Source of the DNA: Candidatus Thorarchaeota archaeon
GTDB lineage: Archaea; Asgardarchaeota; Thorarchaeia; Thorarchaeales; Thorarchaeaceae
NCBI GenBank assembly: GCA_011364905.1
Contig: RDNZ01000051.1
Location: 1 to 18,113, forward strand
Direction: 5' to 3'
DNA length: 18,113 bases
The translations under genes were made by a program, and so were the position numbers. Of this stretch, positions 8,699-18,000 are shown piece after piece. Under the pieces are notes generated by a model. That model made no database searches, was not told where the DNA came from, and saw only the letters and a list, made by a program, of their open reading frames with translations. Every line of letters begins with the position of its first letter. Position 1 is the stretch's first letter.

Positions 8699-10033
8699 TC
8701 AGTGACTATACCATTTGGCGACGAGATGGCTTGCCTTCCCACTGTTTGCTTTATCCATACGAACTAGGGGCCTTGTTAGGTGTCTCTGCGCCCTGGCTGG
8801 AGGCAAGTAAAACCCTGCATGGATCTCTCTCTTGACGACAGTTTCAATCTTGGTAATTTCCGTGTCCTTAAGACCACACTTCGTGCACTTGAAACCCTTC
8901 CCACGACCTGCGCTCTTCATTCTCTTTCCACAACTTGGACATAATGGATTTGAGAACACACTTGTTTTTGCTAGTTCTTTCACTTCAATACCTTCAAGAT
9001 TCAGGGTAAGACCGTGTGTTCTAGAAGCTGGTCTGACTCCTGAATACACTCCAACAAGGTCTCCAACCTTTAGTTTCATGATTGTTTCTCGAAACTCACC
9101 TGAGGGCTCATAGGCGGCGCAGTCCACCGAACCGCTTTCATCAGTAATACTGAAGATCACATGCCCACCTTCAGTCATTTTTGGTTTAATATTCACCTTC
9201 CCGATTACTACTGTCGCCATGTATGGCCTCAGGTTTTTGATTTCAACCTGATGTTTCAGATGTCCTCCTGTTCCCTGATTTGTTCTAAAAACCAGCCATC
9301 TTTCAACCTGTTGAGCGCTCCTCACTTGCTTTGCCGCTTCGATGACATACTCTGCTTTTTCACCCCGCACTCCAAAGATGACGGGATCTGGTCCATGAGG
9401 CTCAATCAATATCTTATTGGTTGCAGGGTCGATATTGGAAAAGACGCGATTGCCCATCTTTTGATTCATTGCGAGCACTGACTCTGCGTCTACTCCCCTT
9501 GACTCCTTGCAGTCCTTTAGGGCGCGATAGGCGATGTACTCATACGTATAGTCTTCACTAAGATCATTAGCCACCGATGCAAGGGCTCCAATGAGTCCTC
9601 TTTCATTCCCTTGCGCATAGTGATTGATTTTGTATCGCGTAACCAGTCTCTGAGCAAGTTCAATGGGGACTACGCGCCACATAGCAAGCTTCGCCAAGTC
9701 TCGTACCTGTTTGGGTACCTCATTGAAAAGAAAGACAACTCCGGGGTTTGTGTTTGGGTACTTATTGTCTACGTAATTGTGGATTAGATCCTCCACCATT
9801 CCAGAGAGAGAGGCTACTTCGTTCTGGTCGACGCGGAACCGAAGGGCCACAGCACCATTCCCTCTGGTTCTGTACGGAATTCCCGGGTTCAGACGAATGA
9901 GATTTGGATAGTCCATCCACTCGACGTTTTTCTTGTTGAGTTTCTCTACCAAGAGGCTTGCAAAGTGTGTTGTGCATCCTCCTTCTGGACTGTCGATGTC
10001 ATCCATTCCAATCTGAACTAGTTGCTTGCTCAT
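8699..10033 (-). CDS. tiaS: tRNA(Ile2) 2-agmatinylcytidine synthetase TiaS
   Basis: Motifs IGMDDIDS..GCTT, LIRLNPGIPYRTRGNGA, NTNPG, GLIGALA, PHGPDPVIFGVRG and TNQGT. OB fold with AAYEP, Zn ribbon CPSCG...MKSAG...CTKC, and RHLTRP. Confidence 0.95.
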   Translation of the reverse strand: MSKQLVQIGMDDIDSPEGGCTTHFASLLVEKLNKKNVEWMDYPNLIRLNPGIPYRTRGNGAVALRFRVDQNEVASLSGMVEDLIHNYVDNKYPNTNPGVVFLFNEVPKQVRDLAKLAMWRVVPIELAQRLVTRYKINHYAQGNERGLIGALASVANDLSEDYTYEYIAYRALKDCKESRGVDAESVLAMNQKMGNRVFSNIDPATNKILIEPHGPDPVIFGVRGEKAEYVIEAAKQVRSAQQVERWLVFRTNQGTGGHLKHQVEIKNLRPYMATVVIGKVNIKPKMTEGGHVIFSITDESGSVDCAAYEPSGEFRETIMKLKVGDLVGVYSGVRPASRTHGLTLNLEGIEVKELAKTSVFSNPLCPSCGKRMKSAGRGKGFKCTKCGLKDTEITKIETVVKREIHAGFYLPPARAQRHLTRPLVRMDKANSGKASHLVAKWYSH

Positions 10034-10302
10034 TGTTCACTCTTCCGACAGATATCGCACACAGTAGATTCATTGATTTTGATTCCGTGGTCTTCACATA
10101 CTAATCTGCCGCATTTATTGCAGGCACGTGATGCCAGATACTCCCCACAGATTTGACACTGGGCCTCTTGACAAGCAATACACATCTCGCTTTTTGAATC
10201 AAAGCAAGATTCGCATACGCTAGCTTTGCACATTTTACACATACTGAGTGATCTTTCTTCTTGCCCACAGATTTCGCATTCGTTGTCTGGCTCATAGAGC
10301 AT
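10030..10302 (-). CDS. Small double zinc-finger protein (8 CxxC/H knuckles)
   Basis: 15 Cys and 1 His arranged in two repeats of CxxC-x8/9-CxxC-x4-CxxC/H-x7/9-CxxC. Its stop overlaps the tiaS start (ATGA). Confidence 0.85.
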   Translation of the reverse strand: MLYEPDNECEICGQEERSLSMCKMCKASVCESCFDSKSEMCIACQEAQCQICGEYLASRACNKCGRLVCEDHGIKINESTVCDICRKSEQ

Positions 10303-10382
10303 GTGAAGTTCCTCTTACTCTTGGCATATGGTAACACAGAAATCCTTTGTCCTTTGACAGAAGCATGCTGGTGAATTCCTCT

Positions 10383-10913
10383 TTGACACATGCTCATGAG
10401 ATACTCATCTACCATGCAGACCAGTGCGACCCAAAGAAATGCACTGGTATTCGGTTAGGTAGAATGAACCGGGCAAAAATCATCAGAACTATGCGTTTAA
10501 TCCCTCGTGGGTCTGTCGTTCTGAATCCAGTTTCTGAGACTGCGTTCTCACCTGCTGACAAAGATGCCATCTTGAAATCGGGGCTTGTTGCACTTGATTG
10601 CTCTTGGAAAAAGGCTGAGACAATATTTGCTGCATCTCGAGCTGGAACACAGAGGTCACTGCCTTACCTACTAGCTGCAAATCCAATTAACACTTACAAA
10701 CCCATCAAACTCTCAACTGCAGAAGCAATAGCAGCTGCTCTCTATATCCTAGGGATGCCTGACCACGCAGAGGATGTTCTATCAGTGTTCAAGTGGGGAC
10801 CTTCATTTATCACGTTAAACCGTGAATGGCTTGATGCATATGCAGAATGCAGGACAAGTGGGGAAGTGGTCCAAGTTCAACGAGAAATAATGAGTGAGCA
10901 CACTCAAAACTAA
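10383..10913 (+). CDS. tsr3: 16S rRNA aminocarboxypropyltransferase Tsr3
   Basis: Motifs QCDPKKCTG, ALDCSW, RSLPYLLAANPINT, LSTAEAIAAALYI, FKWG and LNREWLDAY. Probable TTG start at 10383 after GGTGA at 10370-10374; the ORF track starts at 10347. Confidence 0.95.
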   Translation: MTHAHEILIYHADQCDPKKCTGIRLGRMNRAKIIRTMRLIPRGSVVLNPVSETAFSPADKDAILKSGLVALDCSWKKAETIFAASRAGTQRSLPYLLAANPINTYKPIKLSTAEAIAAALYILGMPDHAEDVLSVFKWGPSFITLNREWLDAYAECRTSGEVVQVQREIMSEHTQN

Positions 10914-10963
10914 TAGGCACGTGAGAAATCGCATTCTGATTTCTATCTAACCTAGAAAGGGTG

Positions 10964-11416
10964 CTATAGAAACCTTTCTGGCGATGCATTAACATTTCTT
11001 CGATAACGCCATGACCATAGGACTAGAAATGCACCGACAAAAATGAACACTACACCCGCTAAGAAGAAAAACCACCAATTTGATGTTCTAAAATAGATTA
11101 GAGTTGTACCAATTCTCCAAGAGTAATAACCGATACCATACCTTGCGATTTGTGACAAAATTAGAAATGCAGGTCCAGCTCCAATCAAGAGAAGCCCATA
11201 GATGTGTAGTAACGAAGCTCTTTGATCCATATCTTGTTTTACTAGCAGACTTCCAATAGCTAAGATATCAAGAAGGATACCAATACTCACTATCATTGCA
11301 CCAATTACAACTGCTTCAGGGCTGAAAACGGGACTGCCACTCGGGCTGGCACCCAATCCAATTACAATGAAGAATAATCCTACCAGTAAAACCTGTTTGT
11401 AATCTTTCCTCTCCAA
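10964..11416 (-). CDS. Hypothetical 4-TM membrane protein
   Basis: Four hydrophobic segments and a basic C-tail (WRYRRN). GGAGG/GGAG lies upstream of the TTG start. Confidence 0.75.
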   Translation of the reverse strand: MERKDYKQVLLVGLFFIVIGLGASPSGSPVFSPEAVVIGAMIVSIGILLDILAIGSLLVKQDMDQRASLLHIYGLLLIGAGPAFLILSQIARYGIGYYSWRIGTTLIYFRTSNWWFFFLAGVVFIFVGAFLVLWSWRYRRNVNASPERFL

Positions 11417-11879
11417 ACCACTCTCCGCCTCCTGATTAAAGGCACTTTGGTTCTTTGTTTTTATCTGATAGGGCGGGTGGTAGTTACAAAAAACCTTGAT
11501 AAAACTTGGTGCGCCCTACATAACACTTTGAACCGTTATATTATATCTAGGAAAACATCACATTATCAGACGGGTCTTGGGTTGGTCTGAGTCTTCTAAC
11601 ATACCAAGCTATATACCCATTTGAACACAAAACCAATGGTGGATTATTTTAGACGTATGCATGGGATAGAAACATCACCACTTGAAGACCTGAGGCAATT
11701 TGAAAAGTGAGTGGCTAATTCCGCTCACATACTCTGATTGCGTTTCACCTAGTTCACTCAATCGTTGTTTGAATCTTGTTCCTTCTGGAACTTGCCGAGT
11801 TAATTCAGGACCACCAGAAATACAAAATCCGCCTCTGGATTCTTGTATTATCGAAGAAACGATGCTTTTTGAAATGCTA

Positions 11880-12419
11880 TCAGGGAATTATACTTGTATA
11901 TCTATCCCACCTACGAACACCTGTAGGGCCATCTGCAAGGACACCTACATATATATGTGACAAATCATGAAGATCAAAAGAGGTTTGAAACGTCAGGCTG
12001 ACATCTTCATTTGCACTTAGTGAGAAATCACCTTCAATCACAGTTATCTCACTAGTGGTTTTTATTTCGCCAAGAGTAGAATTGAATTCTAACAGGTCGT
12101 CCTCAACACATATGAATGCTTTTTCGATCAGATAGAGATCACCTTCAGGGATTGGATAATTCTTGTAGCTTTCAACTATACAAATAACAGCAAATGATAC
12201 AGTTCCGTTACTATAAACAAATTCTTCAGTGATTTTTAGGTATAATACGAGTCGGGGTGGTTCACCATCCGCATTCCCAAGCCAAAGATTGACTAAATGA
12301 AGAGTGAATCCCCCACCAACTATACATGAAATAATTATGCAACCAGCAAGAATTTTTCTTGGTCTTGATAATTGTTTCCATGCGTTCTGCAATTTTCGAA
12401 CTAAATGGGGTGAATTCAC
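11880..12419 (-). CDS. Hypothetical single-TM protein with an acidic, beta-rich extracellular domain
   Basis: Basic N-terminus, then one TM segment (ILAGCIIISCIVGGGFTLHLV), then alternating beta-like segments. A 14-nt gap separates it from the S8 stop. Confidence 0.72.
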   Translation of the reverse strand: MNSPHLVRKLQNAWKQLSRPRKILAGCIIISCIVGGGFTLHLVNLWLGNADGEPPRLVLYLKITEEFVYSNGTVSFAVICIVESYKNYPIPEGDLYLIEKAFICVEDDLLEFNSTLGEIKTTSEITVIEGDFSLSANEDVSLTFQTSFDLHDLSHIYVGVLADGPTGVRRWDRYTSIIP

Positions 12420-12433
12420 TCTTGTAGCCTTCT

Positions 12434-14446
12434 TTAACCTAGCAATCCACCTGAGGGGACTTGAGACACCCGAATTTCATCCCAAAGGGCATAACCGTAG
12501 TTTCCTGATGCCCATCCACCTCTGAAAGCACAGACTACGGGCCCCTGCATGTAAAGTGTGTTATAAGCTATTGGTCCCGCTAAGGTAATGACGGCTGAAG
12601 TATAAGTCTGTCCATCAGCTCGCCGTGCAATCCTTAGTTTTAAATAATATCCCGATGGGGAATGCTCATAATAGATATGAATTTCAACTTGTTGCCAATC
12701 ATAACACCACCATCCCGTGTGGCTGAAGACATCCTCTTCATATAGCTTTGTTGAAGAACCTTGGTACATCCTGTAGACCTGGAGATATTTGCCATAGAAT
12801 CTTACCTTCACATAGTTATTAGGGGCCTGATAAACTGGGTAAAAATCATGGTAAGCCAATGCATAGCCATTTGAGCGTTTTGTGTAAAATGAAAAATACT
12901 TATCATAATCTGGATTTACTCTTAGTTTTTGAATTCCTAGCCCAGTCCATTGATAAGCTACTACTTTGTCTCCTGAAGAATCTGTCATATACATTTTACC
13001 TTGATAAAGATAGGGATCGAAACGGGGCCCATTGGCAGTTGTTATGGGATGGCATCCCCAACTGTTTGTATCATAATCTTGAAAGTCATCTAGACATGCA
13101 AAACTCAACGTTTCCCAAGAATCTATGATCCCATGGCCATAATAGTCATTTTGACGTTCCCCAGTCCAACTATAATCATCTGGATCAGTATCTTGACCAC
13201 CTGGATCACAATGATACTTAAGAAAGTCCTTTACTACCGAACTTGAAGGATTAGAACCTCTAGCATTTGATAATAGCTGATATGTCATTGCTGCTTCTCC
13301 TGCTACAAGAGGTGCTGAAAAGCTTGTTCCTTCACAATCACCGAAATCGTCTAAATGTCCATTGTCATCCTCGTCGTTTTGAATTGGTGCGTAAACATAT
13401 GTACCTGGAGCTACCACTTCAATTTCAGGACCATAATTAGAATACCAGGTCATTTCTCCTTCATCTGGTTCATCTCGAGTATATACCGCACCAATTGCCA
13501 TTACATTGGCATACTTAGCAGGGTAGTATACAGAGGTTTGATAATTTCCAGATGAAGCGATCATAACTGTTTCTCCATCCGATACAAGATTATCTACTGC
13601 ATTTTGAAGTCCAGTCCATCCATTATTAAAACCCCATGAACAGCTGACAATGTCAGGATCATGCCACGAATTCAATAACCCTAACGCCCATTCATAGGCA
13701 AAATCTCTCTGATTAGTGTCCTTATAATCTACCACAATTAGGTCCACATAAGGAGCCATCCGTAGAAATGTTCCTACAGTTCCAGTACCGTGGTCGCGGC
13801 CATCATACACTCCAAGCATCTGAGTAGAATCATGTTCATAGACGCTGTAAGACGTCCAATCATCTTCAGAGTCAATAAAGAAGTTCCATGCTTGATATAC
13901 ATAGTGACCAAAAGGCCAAAAACCCTCGTAATACCAATTGATATCAATGTACCACATTGTACGTAATGTACCATCAGGCCTATACATCAGATCTTCATGG
14001 GCATGAACACCAGTGTCAACAATGGCGGCTGTGACTCCTTGTCCAGGATTGGGCATGTTTATTTTATCAATCCAATTATGGCTTTTGTCAACGTTTACCA
14101 TTTCATAGGCAGTATCATCAGGGTATCCTGGTATTGCAGCTAATTCAGCTGAATAATTATTATTTTCAACAGGATCAACTTCTATAACTATTTCTGCAAA
14201 ACTCCTATTGATAAAGGATGAGATAACCTTATGAGAACCCATGGTTAACATAGAATCGGTTTGTTCTGTAAGCTCTTGTCCCAGAATTGAGAACTCTGAA
14301 ATTAAGAAATTATTCCCACTACTTGCTCCATCCATTCCATGACCCATGGTTATTGGAAGTGTACCTATTGCTGTCATCAGGACTATTAAAGAAATAAATA
14401 GAAATGAGATCAGCTTTACTCTTTTCTGATATTTCACGAAATCCAC
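12434..14446 (-). CDS. Secreted/membrane-anchored S8 (subtilisin-like) serine peptidase with a C-terminal beta-sandwich (ConA/LamG-like) domain
   Basis: N-terminal signal/TM segment. Catalytic motifs GVTAAIVDTG (Asp), DHGT (His), ASSGN (oxyanion Asn) and GTSFSAPLVAG (Ser), plus YPA, SNYG..VVAPG and YGHGIID. The C-terminal domain runs from DDFQDYDTNSW to WDEIRV. Confidence 0.92.
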   Translation of the reverse strand: MDFVKYQKRVKLISFLFISLIVLMTAIGTLPITMGHGMDGASSGNNFLISEFSILGQELTEQTDSMLTMGSHKVISSFINRSFAEIVIEVDPVENNNYSAELAAIPGYPDDTAYEMVNVDKSHNWIDKINMPNPGQGVTAAIVDTGVHAHEDLMYRPDGTLRTMWYIDINWYYEGFWPFGHYVYQAWNFFIDSEDDWTSYSVYEHDSTQMLGVYDGRDHGTGTVGTFLRMAPYVDLIVVDYKDTNQRDFAYEWALGLLNSWHDPDIVSCSWGFNNGWTGLQNAVDNLVSDGETVMIASSGNYQTSVYYPAKYANVMAIGAVYTRDEPDEGEMTWYSNYGPEIEVVAPGTYVYAPIQNDEDDNGHLDDFGDCEGTSFSAPLVAGEAAMTYQLLSNARGSNPSSSVVKDFLKYHCDPGGQDTDPDDYSWTGERQNDYYGHGIIDSWETLSFACLDDFQDYDTNSWGCHPITTANGPRFDPYLYQGKMYMTDSSGDKVVAYQWTGLGIQKLRVNPDYDKYFSFYTKRSNGYALAYHDFYPVYQAPNNYVKVRFYGKYLQVYRMYQGSSTKLYEEDVFSHTGWWCYDWQQVEIHIYYEHSPSGYYLKLRIARRADGQTYTSAVITLAGPIAYNTLYMQGPVVCAFRGGWASGNYGYALWDEIRVSQVPSGGLLG

Positions 14447-14883
14447 CTTTCCCTATTGCTGATTCCATTGGAATCTCCCCGTCGCATAGTAATGCACCGA
14501 GCTCTGATTTAACACTTTGTTTAGTGTGCAATGCTTCAGAAACTAATCTGGAGAAGTTGTCCCAATCTGCAAAAGCAACAACTGTCTTCACTTCTCCCAA
14601 AAGATGAAGTTGCTTGAGAAACCGTTTTGTTGCGACAGATTCTATCACATGTACATTCTCAAAATTCCTGAGAACTTCTGGTTCTGGTACATGGATGATC
14701 TGAAAAAGTTTCTTGAACAACCGCATTCTGCTGGTCTTGGATTCTTTGTCACAGCAATATGCTTGTGTGCATATCCAGTGACTGTCTGATTTCTGAATTT
14801 ATTGATTGCTCCATTCTTGTGTAGTCTGTATGCAGCGTATAGATTAAGCAGTCAAAAAGAACCGCTAATTTGGACTCCTTCAT
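14319..14883 (-). pseudogene. Probable frameshifted gene remnant, PIN-domain-like
   Basis: Three consecutive frames join via two 1-nt shifts: MKESKLAVLFD / LNLYAAYRLHKNG...NPRPAE / MRLFKKLF...HLLGEVKTVVAFAD. The 135-aa track ORF overlaps the S8 start by 128 nt. Confidence 0.35.
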
Positions 14884-15052
14884 GATAAAAGTGTGACCTT
14901 ATTTAGAATACAATAAGGGTTGTGAACAGATGCATGAAACTTCGAGCATCATTCAGAATACGACTGATGAATTTCACCGTTTAACGATTATCACAGACAG
15001 TCCAAAAGTTGACTGTCAAACTTCGTTTTAGTCTCCCAGAATTGCGCAACCT

Positions 15053-18000
15053 TTAGGATTCATCAGGGTTGTCTGCATTTTCTTGGTAGTTCCTAATTAT
15101 CTCGGGAATCTGCTGTTCCAATACATCATCAAGATTATTGATTATTCGCAATTCCTTACCAACTTCGCTCTCAAAGATATCTCTCATGTCCTTGTAAGCC
15201 ATTTCTTCCCCAAGTTTCCGTATCCCCTTAGGTTCAGTAAACATGATACCCACCCTCCGCAAAACTCCGCATTCTGCTGTCCAACGGATCTCTCCTGTTT
15301 CAACGTCCTCGGACAACATAACTGTCCATCCTGTAGCTTCTTCCGGTTCCTCATCGAGAGAAACAACATTCGCACTTACCCACGCGGCTAACTTCTCCAT
15401 GAAAACACCAGTATTCACTATGTTGTAAGCACTAGTATCTAGACTCGCTTCAATCTCCTCAAGGAGAACTTCTTCACTCATTGGTTCTTTAGCATGAATG
15501 CAATAGACTTCCATTGGTTCCGTGGCAGACCCATCAACAAGAAAGACTCCGTACCGACAAATGTTTTCCGACTGGTCAATGAACCTGAGTTCACACTTAG
15601 GAGGAGTCTTCGAGTATCCCAATCTCTTGAGGCCTGATAGCACATTCTTTTCTAAGTCGCCATAATCAACAATTTTTCCAGCTGGAATGTCAGAGATGAC
15701 GATATTGAGTAGTCGGCTACATTCCTCCCGAACACTGTTTCCATTAACAAGTTTAATGCCATGGTTTCCGCCCTTGAGGAAGAGCCCTGTTACATTTGAC
15801 TGTGCTTGCCATCTAAGGTATCTTCCTTCCCATGCTATTGTGATCATCCATTTCTGATCTGCGACCTTCAAGAATGTTCCAGGGTCTAATGGTTTCAGAT
15901 GAATTCCAATCTCTCGGAGAAACATACGGATGTATCTCTCTTCATGGAAGACTACGCTCTCATCCCTCTCAGACAAGTCTGGAGGTGTGATGCCAAAGGT
16001 GTAGAGTTTACCTGCATAGATTCTTCGTGGAGAAAGCAGACCATTCATCTCCTCCCCTGTAAAAGGTCCACCCAGTTGTTTCTTTACCAGAGTTGGGCAT
16101 CTGGATGGCAAGATTATCATCCAGCACTTCTCATGGTCTACTCCTTCACCTAGCGCAATGGGACATAATGACGTATCGTGTGCAATACTCATAGAGAGTT
16201 CCTCTGAATCATCGAAGAACTGAGCCACTCTCTTTGGAAGCTCCTTGGGAGTCTTCCTTGCTGCAGTGAATGTGACATAAGGTCTGATGAAGTCCAACTC
16301 ACCAAAGTCAATATCATCAAAGACACTCCAAGTCACATATTCGCCGGAGTCAGTGAACAATGGTCCGCCTTTAATCATGGGCCATCGTAGAAAAGAAATC
16401 AGATCCGCAGTGTATTCAATATCAGTTTCTTCAATAATTGTGTCCCATTCGTTCAAAAGAGTGACTTTGCAGACTTCCTCTTCCATCTCAAGTCGCAAAT
16501 GTACTGGATTTGGAGAGGTGACCGTTGCAAGATGCATTCGCAGTGAGTTGACTATCCGTTTATAGATAACCTCGGATGGTCGATTAGGAGGTGAGGGTTT
16601 GACTTGTGGTTCTTCTGTGGAGGTTTGACGCATTGCGCGCAAGTGACCTGTCGTTGATTGACCCTGACTCTTCAGTTCAAGTGCCCCCTCGTGGACTGCA
16701 TCACTACTATCACAAGAGCTCCATATCTCCAATCGGTCCTCCCCTTTTCTACCAATTATTGTCGTCTGGGTAAAACCGAGGATGTCATCCGCGCTTGATT
16801 GTTTCATCATCTCTTGGCTGGTCTCTGCCCAGAGAAATCCGTCTTTGTCAGCAGGCCTATTTGTGAAGCAACCAACAAGCATTCTGGATGGATGATCGGG
16901 TTCTTGGACTACAATCCACCAAGGAAGGAGGCTGTCATCATCGCTCTCGAACTTGATTCCAAACAACCACTCCTGCTCAACCTCTCCCTCGGCCGTTGGC
17001 AACTCCTCTGTAAAGTCTAGGGTTGAAACTTGTGAGAGTGGTTGAGTCTGTAACTTACGCGGAGAGCGATAGAGGCGTTGTGAGTTGATCTTCCCAGCGG
17101 TCATCGCCTGAAATGACTTTGCGTCCACGGTTTCAGGGAGCCTGAATATCACAAGATCAAGAATACTAGGCGGTCTAGAGGGCGAATCGGTGAGGAGAGT
17201 TCTCGTAATGGTCAGAGGTTTCCTTAGTCCTCGACTATCGGACTTTATTTGAGTAAACTCCTCCTCAAGTGTTTCCTCCAATCCTTCCACCAGAATCTCG
17301 TGAGGCCATAGTTTCACCAGCCAAGGGATCATAGTAAGAGAGAGGAGTTTCATACGATGTCGGAGTGACTTGTCAGGGACCATGACGTCTGTTTCTTGTT
17401 CTCCGACGACCAACCCAGTCCCCCTGTTCCGGAACCGTTTCGACCACCCTCTCAGGAAGGGCACATGAGTCAATTCAACCTGTAGATTATCAGGTCTGTG
17501 ACGAACAATAACCCTGATGTCATCGTGCATCGGAGAATCGCCAATGGTTGGAAGTGCCCATTTCTCAGGTTGTAGTACGCCTCTGGGTCCAACTGGGAGA
17601 TTCCAGACAATCTCTGTCACCACTTCTCCGAGAGAGGAGGTCTCATGAAAAGGAATGAGGGCTCTGCTTGAGTAGGGGATGGCCTTCTCAACGGAGGGGA
17701 CTGGAGAGTCGAACCAAAAGATGGTGGTGTCTTCCCTGTCCGGAAGACTGCTAAGTAAACGGTCTATCAGAATGGTGAGCTTCTCTTGATGAGAAGTTGG
17801 CGTGGCATCTCGAATCGTGTCTGCACCAGTGATGATTATGACCTTTCTTTCATTCTTTCTTGTTCTCAGGTCAAATGATGGAAGCTTGCCATTCTCATAC
17901 AGATATTTTAGAATGTCATTCAGATATCCCTTGACTTTGACTCTCTCAAAGAACTGGCGAATGTGATCTGGTTGAACCTTAGCGGTCTCTTTTGCTGAGT

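Larger units (their letters stand above)
10920..15050. other. AT-richer accessory block (possible horizontally acquired island)
   Basis: Hand-counted sample lines give 18/60 G+C at both 12181-12240 and 14161-14220, against 30/60 at 781-840 and 38/60 at 17401-17460. The block has long intergenic gaps and gene remnants. No integrase is seen. Confidence 0.6.

Noticed and set aside
9960-10010. TiaS N-terminal motif variant DDIDS..GGCTTH versus the usual DDTDS..GMCTTY
   Set aside because: The three Asp residues and CTT are retained, so this is likely ordinary divergence.
11469-11550. Inverted repeat TAGGGCG/CGCCCTA and a TTATATCTA half-site resembling an archaeal dif arm
   Set aside because: The repeat is only 7 bp with a 36-nt spacer, and there is no matching left dif arm at 6-bp spacing.
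11636-11970. Short + strand ORFs (11700-11960, 11776-11970 and fragments from ATG 11636)
   Set aside because: They have no recognisable motifs and overlap the minus-strand gene end. They could be decayed sequence, but I cannot support that.
270-17020. Numerous 60-106 aa ORFs antisense or out of frame within the called genes
   Set aside because: These are shadow ORFs overlapping well-supported genes, with no motifs or independent start signals.
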